Origin: Planctomycetota bacterium
Lineage (GTDB): Bacteria > Planctomycetota > UBA1135 > GCA-002686595
Length of the DNA: 46,155 nt
Assembly (NCBI GenBank): GCA_047629095.1
Contig: JBLHWM010000001.1
Location: 1 to 46,155, forward strand
Direction of reading: 5' to 3'
The notes under the pieces are model-generated. The model ran no database searches and was not told where the DNA came from. It was given only the letters and a program-made list of their open reading frames with translations. The position numbers were made by a program, and so were the translations under genes. Below, one piece after another: positions 1 through 8,279 of this stretch (positions are counted from its first letter, which is position 1; each line of letters starts with the position of its first letter).

Positions 1-504
1 AAGCATCCGGGCCACAGCGAGGGCCGGCTCACCGCCGCCAAGGCGTGGCTAGTCTCCCGGGAGACCCTGGCGGAAGCGGCCCGTCACATCGGACTCGCCG
101 AGCAGGCCGACTTCGGCCGCGGCATGTCGGCCGAGACCGCCCCGCGTTCGGTGCTCGCCAACTTATACGAGGCCGTGCTCGGTGCCATCTACCTAGACGC
201 CGGGCTCGAGGCCGCCAGGGCCTGGACCCTGGAGACCTTGGCGAGCGCGTTCGCCTTGGCATCCAGTGCGGGGGAAGAGCGCAACCACAAGCAGCGCCTG
301 CAGGAGTTCGCCCAGTCCGGCGGCGGCGAGCCGCCCCACTACAGCCTGCTCGACCAGCGCGGCGAGGCCCACCGCCGCGCGTTCTTAGTGCAGGCCAGTG
401 TCGACGGCGAGCCCTATCCATCCGCCTGGGGTAGGACGCGCAAGGAAGCCGAGCGCTATGCCGCGATGGAAGCCCTACAGGTCATCGAAACGGAGGCGTC
501 ATGA
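1..504 (+). CDS. rnc: Ribonuclease III, C-terminal part (5' end lies outside the window)
   Basis: Frame 1 is open from base 1. The translation ...HSEGRLTAAKAWLVSRETLAEAARHIGL...NLYEAVLGAIYLDAGLEAA...HKQRLQEFAQ...GEAHRRAF matches the end of the RNase III catalytic domain plus the dsRBD. The TGA stop overlaps the mfd ATG (ATGA). Confidence 0.9.
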   Translation, partial: KHPGHSEGRLTAAKAWLVSRETLAEAARHIGLAEQADFGRGMSAETAPRSVLANLYEAVLGAIYLDAGLEAARAWTLETLASAFALASSAGEERNHKQRLQEFAQSGGGEPPHYSLLDQRGEAHRRAFLVQASVDGEPYPSAWGRTRKEAERYAAMEALQVIETEAS

Positions 505-3500
505 CTGCTACGGAAACCCAGGACGGCATCTACGGCGGCCCCGTGCTCGACACCGAGATCTTCTCAGACCAAGCTTCGTTCCAGACCCTAGCCCGCGAGT
601 TGGCCGGCGGTGGCCGGGTCTCCGCTGGCGGACTCTGGGGATCGTCCCAGGCGCTCTTGCTCGGTGGCCTCGTCAACCACGCGCCTGGTCCCTGGCTCGT
701 GGTCACCTCTTCCGAACCCGAAGCCGAGGCCTTCACGGCCGACCTTGTTGCCCTCGGCATCGAGGTCTGTCACCTTCCCGCTCGGGAGACGTATTCATCG
801 GGCTCGAACCGCAAGGCCCACGCCGACCCCGAGACGATCCGCGGGCGCCTGCAGGTCGCCGGCCTGCTCGGCGGTCCGGCCCCCCGCAGGCCCCGGTTGA
901 TCGTCTCCTCCCTGCTCGGCTGCCTGCAGCCGCTCCCGGTTGCGGACACCCTCGAGAAGGAGTTCCTGCACCTTCAAGTCGGCGGCAAGCTCGACGCCGA
1001 GGCTGTGCTCACGCGGCTGGCCATGGCCGGCTACACGCGCCAACCCCTGGCCGAGACGCCCGGTGAGGTCAGCCTGCGCGGCGACATCTTGGACCTGTTC
1101 CCCTTCGCGAACAAAGAGCCCCTGCGCATCGAGCTCTTCGATGAGGAGATCGAGTCCATCCGCGTCTTCGATCCCGCCTCCCAACGCAGCACCGATACCC
1201 TGACGCGCATTGCCGTCTGCATCGCCAGCGACGCGGGCGACGTGGAGACCGGCCAGGGCAAGCGCGTCGACGAGCTGATCGCGCCGACTGCGGTCATCGT
1301 CCAGGTCGAGCCCCTGCGCATCGCCGACATGGCCGAGGGCCTGCGCGTCCAATCCTCGATGCACGGCGCCGCGCTACTCCAGTGGAATAGAAGCCTAGAA
1401 CGGCACGCATCCATGGATTTGCAGAGCCTGCCCACCCGCGGGCTCGCCTTCGGAGTGCTGTCCGTCCAGGGACTCTCCGTGGGCATGACCGAGGCGGCGG
1501 CAGCTCTGGGTGAGGCCCTGGATCGGGCGGCGAAGAAGAAGGCCCGCGCCATCGTGCTCTGCGCTACCGAAGCAGAGCTCTCGCGCATGTCCGAGGTCTT
1601 CTGCGAGGACGACCGGGTCGAGCTGCGCATGGGCGCCCTTGGACGCGGCTTCCGCTTGACCAAGCCGCCGCTGATCGTCGTGAACCACCGCGAGCTGATC
1701 GGCATCCAGGGCACCAAGCGCATCGAGAAGAGCCAAGCGATCCACAAGGCGCGCGCCCTGCAGTCGTTCTTCGAGCTGCGCCTGGGCGACTATGTTGTGC
1801 ACGCAGTCCACGGGCTCGGGCGCTACCTCGGCCTGAAGCGCATGGACCGCAGCGGCGGCGAGGAAGAGCACCTCTGCCTCGAGTACCAGGACGAGGTCGT
1901 TCTGTATGTGCCCGCGTCGCGGGTCGACCTGGTCCAGCGCTACATCGCCAGCGGCAAGGGCTCCGGCGTCTCCCTGGACAAGATCGGCAGCAAGTCCTTC
2001 AAGAAGCGCAAAGAGAGGGTCGAGAAGGCCCTTGCCGACCTCGCGGCCGAGCTGCTCGAAGTGCAAGCCAACCGCGAGATGAAGAAGCGCCCGGCTTGGT
2101 TTGCGACCGAGGACAACCGAGGTGAGCCGACCGAAGAGCAGGCCATGGTCACCCAGATGCTGGCGGAGTTCCCCTATGTGGACACGCCCGACCAGTCCCT
2201 TGCCGACTCCGAGATCCACGCCGACCTGACCAGCCCCCTTCCTATGGACAGGCTGCTCTGTGGCGACGTGGGCTTCGGCAAGACCGAGGTAGCGATCCGC
2301 GCCGCCTTCCGCGTGGTTGCGGGCGGCGGCCAGGTTGCCGTTCTCGTGCCGACGACGGTGCTCGCCGGCCAGCACGACTCGACCTTCCGCACGCGCCTCG
2401 CCGACTTCCCCGTGCGCGTCGAGTCCCTGTCGCGCTACGTCACCGGCGCCAAGGCGAAGGAGATCGCCGAGGCCACCGGCCGCGGCGAGGTCGACATCCT
2501 GATCGGCACCCACCGCATCCTCTCCAAGGACGTCAACTTCCAGCGCCTCGGTTTGATCATCATCGACGAGGAGCAGCGCTTTGGCGTGACCCACAAGGAG
2601 CACTTCAAGAAGATGCGCGCCCAGGTCGACATCCTGACCCTGTCCGCGACGCCGATCCCGCGCACTCTGCACATGTCCATGTCTGGGCTGCGCGACATCT
2701 CGGCTCTAACCACTCCGCCGCCGGGCCGCCAGGACATCGAGACGATCCTGGCTTCGGGTGCGGACAAGCAGGCCATCCGCGAGGCTCTGCTGCGGGAGAA
2801 GAACCGCGGCGGCCAGAGCTTCTTCCTGCACAACCGCGTGCAGTCCATCGACCGCGTGGCCCGGGAGCTGGCCGAGCTGGTGCCCGAGTGCAGCTTCCTG
2901 GTGGGCCACGGCCAGATGGGCGGAAGGACCCTGCAGAAGATCATGGGCCTGTTCACACGGGGCGAGGCGGATGTGCTGGTGGCGACTACGATCATCGAGA
3001 ACGGCATCGACATCCCAACCGCGGGCACGATCCTCATGGATCGCGCCAACCACTTCGGCCTAAGCGAGCTGCACCAGCTGCGGGGCCGCGTGGGCCGCGG
3101 CTCGCACAAGTCGTACTGCTACCTGCTAACGGACGAGCAAAAGACCCTCACGGAGATCGCCGAGCAGCGCCTCAAGGCCCTCGAAGAGCTCAACCACCTC
3201 GGTTCGGGCTTCGCGATCTCGATGAAGGACCTCGAGCTGCGCGGTGCCGGTAACATCCTGGGTCCGGAGCAGTCGGGCCACATCACGTCGGTTGGCTACG
3301 ACCTGTATTGCCGCCTGCTGCGCAAGACTGTCGAGCGCATGCAGCGGGGCGGCGACGTGAAGTCGACCGAGATCCGGCCGGACGAGTTTGTGGATCCGGG
3401 CGAGGTCGAACTCGAGCTCGGTCTCAAGGCGTACCTCTGCGACAAGTGGATTCCGTCTTCGGACTCCCGGCTGGAGCTGCTGCGCTCGTTCCACGAGATC

Positions 3501-3860
3501 CGCACGGACGGCGACGGCAAGGAGGCCCTTGCGATGCTGCGGGACCGCTTCGGACGCGTGCCCGCCGAGGCCAAGGAGCTGGTGCGCCAGTTCCAACTGC
3601 GCGTGCTCTTTGGCAGCGCGAGCTTGACCCGGGTCGCCTTGCGCGAAGATCGCTGGCTGATCGCCTTCCGGGACCGTGCCACCCTCGAAGCCGCCCTCGC
3701 CTCCAGCGGCGCCCCCATCGAGATGCGGCCCCAGGGACAAGGCAAGGCCATCCTTATGGTCCCCAAGGGACTCGATGCAAGAAAAGCGACCGAGTGGCTC
3801 GAAGCAGCCTTGCGGGGCGACCCCAAAGCGAAGAGAATCAGCCTAGCCGCCCAAATCTAG
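501..3860 (+). CDS. mfd: Transcription-repair coupling factor Mfd
   Basis: 1119 aa. CarD-like motif YVVHAVHGLGRYLGL, Walker A GDVGFGKTEVA, DEEQRFGV box, helicase C motifs TTIIENGIDIP and QLRGRVGRG, and the length and domain order typical of Mfd. Confidence 0.97.
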   Translation: MTATETQDGIYGGPVLDTEIFSDQASFQTLARELAGGGRVSAGGLWGSSQALLLGGLVNHAPGPWLVVTSSEPEAEAFTADLVALGIEVCHLPARETYSSGSNRKAHADPETIRGRLQVAGLLGGPAPRRPRLIVSSLLGCLQPLPVADTLEKEFLHLQVGGKLDAEAVLTRLAMAGYTRQPLAETPGEVSLRGDILDLFPFANKEPLRIELFDEEIESIRVFDPASQRSTDTLTRIAVCIASDAGDVETGQGKRVDELIAPTAVIVQVEPLRIADMAEGLRVQSSMHGAALLQWNRSLERHASMDLQSLPTRGLAFGVLSVQGLSVGMTEAAAALGEALDRAAKKKARAIVLCATEAELSRMSEVFCEDDRVELRMGALGRGFRLTKPPLIVVNHRELIGIQGTKRIEKSQAIHKARALQSFFELRLGDYVVHAVHGLGRYLGLKRMDRSGGEEEHLCLEYQDEVVLYVPASRVDLVQRYIASGKGSGVSLDKIGSKSFKKRKERVEKALADLAAELLEVQANREMKKRPAWFATEDNRGEPTEEQAMVTQMLAEFPYVDTPDQSLADSEIHADLTSPLPMDRLLCGDVGFGKTEVAIRAAFRVVAGGGQVAVLVPTTVLAGQHDSTFRTRLADFPVRVESLSRYVTGAKAKEIAEATGRGEVDILIGTHRILSKDVNFQRLGLIIIDEEQRFGVTHKEHFKKMRAQVDILTLSATPIPRTLHMSMSGLRDISALTTPPPGRQDIETILASGADKQAIREALLREKNRGGQSFFLHNRVQSIDRVARELAELVPECSFLVGHGQMGGRTLQKIMGLFTRGEADVLVATTIIENGIDIPTAGTILMDRANHFGLSELHQLRGRVGRGSHKSYCYLLTDEQKTLTEIAEQRLKALEELNHLGSGFAISMKDLELRGAGNILGPEQSGHITSVGYDLYCRLLRKTVERMQRGGDVKSTEIRPDEFVDPGEVELELGLKAYLCDKWIPSSDSRLELLRSFHEIRTDGDGKEALAMLRDRFGRVPAEAKELVRQFQLRVLFGSASLTRVALREDRWLIAFRDRATLEAALASSGAPIEMRPQGQGKAILMVPKGLDARKATEWLEAALRGDPKAKRISLAAQI

Positions 3861-3864
3861 AACC

Positions 3865-4950
3865 ATGATCACGAACCTCAGCCTGATTGCCCTCGCCACT
3901 TTCGCCGCTACCGCTGCGCCCCTACCCCAGGACCCGGCCCCTACCCAGGTCGAGGCCGAGGACGAGGGCTGGCAGGTCTTCGACGGCGTTGCGCTGATCG
4001 TGAACGACGAGATCGTGACCCTGCGCCAGCTCAACACCTCTGTGAACGACGCCCGCGGCAACGCCGAGGCCACGACCCAGGAGGACGCCTTCGCCCTTAG
4101 AGACGGCGTCATCAGCGACTCGATCATGATGCACCTCCAGACCCAAGCCGGCCGCTCGCTCGGGGTCGCTGGGTCGGATGTGGAGCGCACGATCAACGGC
4201 TTCCTAGACAACAAGCGCCGCAGCATGTCCGCCACCGACACGACCGACTGGTTCCTGGAGGAGGGCGTTCAGGACCTCGGTCAGATGCGCGAGTCCATCC
4301 GCGAGGAGCTGTACCGTAGCCTCTGGATGCAGAACATCAGCGGCCAGACCAGCGGCGCCGATCGCCCCAGCGAGGATCGCTATGTGCGGCCGGGCCAGCT
4401 GCGGGAGGCCTATTACGTGAACAAGAGCGGCTACGAGACTCCCACCCGCTACATCTTGCAGTACTTGCGCCTGGTGGCCAACGCCTGGGGAGACGCCGAG
4501 ACGGCCCTCGAAGTGGCCACGGACCTGCGCGAGCAGATCGCCGGCGGCGCCGATATGGGCGCCTTCGTCGATGAGTACGGCGCCTTTCTACGCGAGAGGC
4601 GCGGGATCACGGAGCAGGTCGCCCTCGACCAGGTCGCCGAACCCGGCGTGCGCGGATTCCTGGGGGACGCCCGGCGCGGTGCCCTCTCCATGGTCATGCC
4701 GTATTTCGAAGGGGACGTGATCGCCGGTTACGACATCGTGAGGGTGGTTGAGATGCTCGAGGGCCAGGAAGCGCCGGCTTTCAACTCGCCAGGTATCCAG
4801 ATCGCCCTGCAGCGTGGCTTGCAGAGCCGCTGGGACAACATTCGGATCGCGAACGGCGCCGACGAGCTCTGGCGCGCCGCCTACATCCGTTTGCCCAACG
4901 GCATCCGCATCGACCCGCCCTGGGCCCAGCGAGCAGCCGCACGGCGATAG
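3865..4950 (+). CDS. Secreted SurA-N-like / degenerate parvulin-like periplasmic chaperone (tentative)
   Basis: N-terminal signal-like segment MITNLSLIALATFAATAAP. The segment GVALIVNDEIVTLRQLN resembles the start of the SurA N-terminal domain, and the later segment LREQIAGGADMGAFVDEYG resembles a PPIase-domain helix. The position right after mfd is common for SurA-like genes. The function call is soft. Confidence 0.55.
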   Translation: MITNLSLIALATFAATAAPLPQDPAPTQVEAEDEGWQVFDGVALIVNDEIVTLRQLNTSVNDARGNAEATTQEDAFALRDGVISDSIMMHLQTQAGRSLGVAGSDVERTINGFLDNKRRSMSATDTTDWFLEEGVQDLGQMRESIREELYRSLWMQNISGQTSGADRPSEDRYVRPGQLREAYYVNKSGYETPTRYILQYLRLVANAWGDAETALEVATDLREQIAGGADMGAFVDEYGAFLRERRGITEQVALDQVAEPGVRGFLGDARRGALSMVMPYFEGDVIAGYDIVRVVEMLEGQEAPAFNSPGIQIALQRGLQSRWDNIRIANGADELWRAAYIRLPNGIRIDPPWAQRAAARR

Positions 4951-5151
4951 GCGGCAATCGCTTAGCCGGGCGTAGTCTTTCCTGATTCCCTCGATATACT
5001 TTGAACCCCACATTTCGGGCCCCGTTTGGGGTCTGCCGTCGCTACCTCCTTTAATGGAGGTCGGCTGAGCGGCCCCACTGGATATCGAATACATAGGCCC
5101 CTGAAGGCCACCCCCGAGCGCCACCCGGCGCTCAAAAGCCCAACACTAGGC

Positions 5152-6726
5152 ATGAGCAACGCGGACTACAAAAACGTCGAACAGATCGAGAGCACTCTCC
5201 CCCGCCCCTGGGAAGAGGAGACCACCTTCAACGACGTACTCTACGATTGGATGGGACGCGCCCCTTGGCTTGCCATCTCCGGTGCAGCCCACCTGCTAGC
5301 GTTCTTCGTACTTGCAGCCATTCCATGGGACGCCTTCAACAAGCAGGAACCACCCGCGATCACCGCTTCTGTGGAAGCCCCCGCCGACGAGCCCATCGAG
5401 GAGCCCGAAGAGGAGGAAATCCCAGAAGAGGAAGAGGAGATCGAGCCCATCGAGGAGCCGATCCTCAAGGACGCCGAGGTCTCGGACCACAACGAAGAGG
5501 ATGTGGACCAGCCCTTCGAGTCCATGGTCGGTGACCCCGACATGAACTCGGACTCACCCTTCGACTCCGACAACTCCAACGACGTCATGGGCATCGGCGG
5601 CGGCGCCGGTGGCAAGTTCGGTGGACGCCTCGGTGGCCGTAAGAACCTGCGCGCAGCCCACGGTAAGGGTCTCGACCAGGCTCTAAAGGACGCCCTTGAG
5701 TGGCTGAAGAACCACCAGGGCCCCGACGGCTCCTGGGACACGGACGAGTTCAACACCGAGTGCGGCAAGATCGGCAACACGGTCTGCGGCGACCCCGGTT
5801 ACCCCCAGCACGACGTCGGCTCTACGGGCCTGGCCCTACTGGCCTTCCTTGGCGAGGGCAACACCACCGACTCCGGTGACTACAAGGTCCAAGTGGCCAT
5901 GGGCATCAAGTGGCTGCGCAGCGTGCAGGACCCCGACTCGGGCCTGCTCGGCGACAAGTCCAGCCACGAATTCCTGTACAACCACGCCATCGGCACCCTC
6001 GCCCTGTGCGAAGCCTACTACGCGACCAAGAGTCCCCTGCTGAAGCGGACCTGCCAGAACGCGATCAACTACATCAACCGTGCTCGTAACCCCTACAGCG
6101 CTTGGCGCTACGACGAGCCGCCCATGGGCGCGAACGACACCTCCGTCACGGGCTGGATGATCTTCGCGATCAAGGCCGCCGAAGACGCCAAGCTGCAGAT
6201 CGACCCGGGTGCCTACGTCGGCGCTCGCGAGTGGCTCAAGGAAGTCACCGACGAGGCCAACGGCCGCGTGGGTTACAGCGAGTACGGCAACCTGTCCTCT
6301 CGTATCGTCGGGGTCAACGATCACTTCCCCGCCGAGAAGGGCGAGTCCATGACTGCTGTGGGCCTTCTGGTCCGCATGTTCATGGGCGAGACCGATCCCA
6401 AGGAGAGCCCGATCCTCAAGAAGCACGGCGACCTGATGCTGCGCACCCTTCCCGAGTGGGATCCGGACGGCTTCGGCAGTGACATGTACTACTGGTACTA
6501 CGGCTCCTACGCCATGTACCAGCTCGGTGGAACGCACTGGAAGAAGTGGGAGACTGCTCTTAAGAAGACCATCCTCGAAAACCAGCGCAAGGACGGCGAC
6601 GAGAAGGGTTCTTGGGACCCGATCGGACCCTGGGGCTACGCCGGCGGCCGGATTTACTCCACCGCGCTGATGGCGCTCTGCATCGAAGTCTACTTCCGCT
6701 ACGGCAAAGTTGCCGGCGCGCGCTAG
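5152..6726 (+). CDS. Membrane-anchored prenyltransferase/squalene-cyclase-repeat (alpha/alpha-toroid) protein, paralogue 1, with a TonB-like N-terminal anchor
   Basis: ATG at 5152 (MSNADYKNVEQIESTLPRPWEEE) chosen over the upstream ORF extension because paralogue 3 begins the same way. One TM helix (GRAPWLAISGAAHLLAFFVLAAIPW), a Glu/Pro-rich spacer, a Gly-rich tract GGGAGGKFGGRLGG, then QW-type repeats (HQGPDGSWD, NQRKDGDEKGSWDP) and DTSVTGWMIFAIKAAEDA, YYWYYGSYAMYQLGG. Confidence 0.85.
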   Translation: MSNADYKNVEQIESTLPRPWEEETTFNDVLYDWMGRAPWLAISGAAHLLAFFVLAAIPWDAFNKQEPPAITASVEAPADEPIEEPEEEEIPEEEEEIEPIEEPILKDAEVSDHNEEDVDQPFESMVGDPDMNSDSPFDSDNSNDVMGIGGGAGGKFGGRLGGRKNLRAAHGKGLDQALKDALEWLKNHQGPDGSWDTDEFNTECGKIGNTVCGDPGYPQHDVGSTGLALLAFLGEGNTTDSGDYKVQVAMGIKWLRSVQDPDSGLLGDKSSHEFLYNHAIGTLALCEAYYATKSPLLKRTCQNAINYINRARNPYSAWRYDEPPMGANDTSVTGWMIFAIKAAEDAKLQIDPGAYVGAREWLKEVTDEANGRVGYSEYGNLSSRIVGVNDHFPAEKGESMTAVGLLVRMFMGETDPKESPILKKHGDLMLRTLPEWDPDGFGSDMYYWYYGSYAMYQLGGTHWKKWETALKKTILENQRKDGDEKGSWDPIGPWGYAGGRIYSTALMALCIEVYFRYGKVAGAR

Positions 6727-6750
6727 ACGGTCGACAAGACACCAATCGAG

Positions 6751-6790
6751 AAGCCCCCGGGTCCGCAATGCGGGCCCGGGGGTTTCTTCG
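6751..6790 (+). terminator. Rho-independent terminator after paralogue 1
   Basis: The 13-bp GC-rich stem CCCCCGGGTCCGC / GCGGGCCCGGGGG (one G-U pair) has an AAT loop and is followed by TTTCTT. Confidence 0.8.
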
Positions 6791-6826
6791 TGGGCGGCAA
6801 GTCGATCGGGCGCTAGGATTCATGGC

Positions 6827-8041
6827 ATGAAGAACACGCTTTGGATTGGAAGTGCTCTCGCCCTCTCGCTCTCCTGGGTAACCGGCTGCCGCAGCGCCAA
6901 TCCTGTGCCCATCGAGAACGACACCCAACGCATAGTGGAAGAGCCCGCCGAGTCCAGCGCGCCCCTGGAACCTGGGCCGATCAAGGATGCACTGGACTGG
7001 CTCAGCGCTCACCAAAACGAAGACGGGCATTGGGATGCGGATCGCTTTGGCGACGAGTGCGCAAAGGCCAGCAAGACGACCTGCGCAAACCCGGGCTCGG
7101 TCCAGCACGATGTGGCCGCAACGGGACTCTCGCTTTTGGCTTTCCTGAGCGCTGGCCAGTCCGAATATTCTGGCGACTACCGAGACCAGGTTAGCGCTGC
7201 TCTGAGGTGGCTGCGCCATCAACAAGATCCACAGACCGGCCTCATTGGGGAGCGAGTCAGCCACGACTTCCTCTACGGCCACGCGATTGCAACCTACGCA
7301 TTGTGCGAAGCCAACAACGTTGTCCGGGGGAACCCGCTGATCAAGCGCGCCAGCAACCTTGGGATTAGATACATCGCCAACGCGCGCAATCCCTACGGTG
7401 CTTGGCGCTATGACGTGCCGCCAATCGGAGACAACGACACGTCGGTCACCGGCTGGATGATGCTTGCCCTCAAGTCGGCCGAGCGCGGACGGCTGCCCGT
7501 GGACCAAGACGCCTTCAAGGGAGCCCTCTCCTGGATCGACGAGGTCACGGACGAGCAAACCGGTCGGGTCGGCTACAACGAAGTCGGCAGTACCTCCGCG
7601 CGTATCGTCGGGCTCAACGAGCACTTCCCCCCGGAGTCCGGAGAGGCCATGACCGCCATCGGCCTTTCGATCCGTATGTCCCTTGGGCAGATGGAGCCAG
7701 AGCAGTACCCATTGATAGCGAAGGGCGGCGAACTGATCCTGCGCAGCCTACCCACGTGGGAGCAGCAAGAGTTCACCAGCGACATGTACTACTGGTACCA
7801 CGCGACCCGCGCCATGAACGAACTAGGTGGCACCTACGCCGAAAAGTGGAACGCCGCCATGTTGCAAGCCACCACCCAAGGCCAACAAACCTCCGGCCAC
7901 GCGAAGGGATCCTGGGATCCGGTTGGGGCCTGGGGTTCATCCGGCGGACGCGTCTACTCCACCGCGCTCATGACCATGTGTCTTTCATTCCAGCTCGAGG
8001 ATCCGCTCGCCGAAGCTCTCAGCGGTTTGGGTTACCTGTAA
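6827..8041 (+). CDS. Lipoprotein with a prenyltransferase/squalene-cyclase-repeat (alpha/alpha-toroid) domain, paralogue 2
   Basis: MKNTLWIGSALALSLSWVTGC is a signal peptide with a lipobox (V-T-G-C). The rest is collinear with paralogues 1 and 3 (HQNEDGHWD, DTSVTGWMMLALKSAE, YYWYHATRAMNELGG, GSWDPVGAWG, VYSTALM). Confidence 0.85.
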   Translation: MKNTLWIGSALALSLSWVTGCRSANPVPIENDTQRIVEEPAESSAPLEPGPIKDALDWLSAHQNEDGHWDADRFGDECAKASKTTCANPGSVQHDVAATGLSLLAFLSAGQSEYSGDYRDQVSAALRWLRHQQDPQTGLIGERVSHDFLYGHAIATYALCEANNVVRGNPLIKRASNLGIRYIANARNPYGAWRYDVPPIGDNDTSVTGWMMLALKSAERGRLPVDQDAFKGALSWIDEVTDEQTGRVGYNEVGSTSARIVGLNEHFPPESGEAMTAIGLSIRMSLGQMEPEQYPLIAKGGELILRSLPTWEQQEFTSDMYYWYHATRAMNELGGTYAEKWNAAMLQATTQGQQTSGHAKGSWDPVGAWGSSGGRVYSTALMTMCLSFQLEDPLAEALSGLGYL

Positions 8042-8081
8042 GGTCAAGCGCGGCGCGCAGGTGATTCCCTTTTGGGACTTG

Positions 8082-8122
8082 ATTCCCGTTTAGAGGTCTT
8101 CCAGGGGCATCTAAACGGGAAT
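8082..8122 (+). terminator. Perfect 13-bp inverted repeat (hairpin): possible terminator of paralogue 2 or an operator
   Basis: ATTCCCGTTTAGA (8082-8094) and TCTAAACGGGAAT (8110-8122) are exact reverse complements with a 15-nt loop. The downstream sequence TCCCCGTTTGTTGTC is only moderately U-rich. ATTCCC recurs nearby, and GGGAATTCCCC is almost palindromic. Confidence 0.4.
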
Positions 8123-8279
8123 TCCCCGTTTGTTGTCAGGGCGATGTGAACCGAACTCTTGCCTGTCCGTTGTCTCTCTTGTCGCGGCCGCAAGGTTCGC
8201 GGCCGCAGGACACTCTTGGGGTGACTGGTCTCTGATTCCGAGCAGAGGTCCGCACTTGGGGAGACGGCCTTGGTTCCCA

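Noticed and set aside
1395-2672. Long antisense ORF (425 aa), with several others, inside mfd
   Set aside because: It is opposite a strongly conserved Mfd reading frame. Its Arg/Gly/Ala/Leu/Val-heavy composition, with no motifs, is what GC-rich antisense frames produce.
8130-8279. Upstream extension of the paralogue 3 ORF (MLSGRCEPNS...)
   Set aside because: It covers the structured intergenic spacer. Paralogue 1 shows that the conserved protein starts at the M(S/T)..DY motif.
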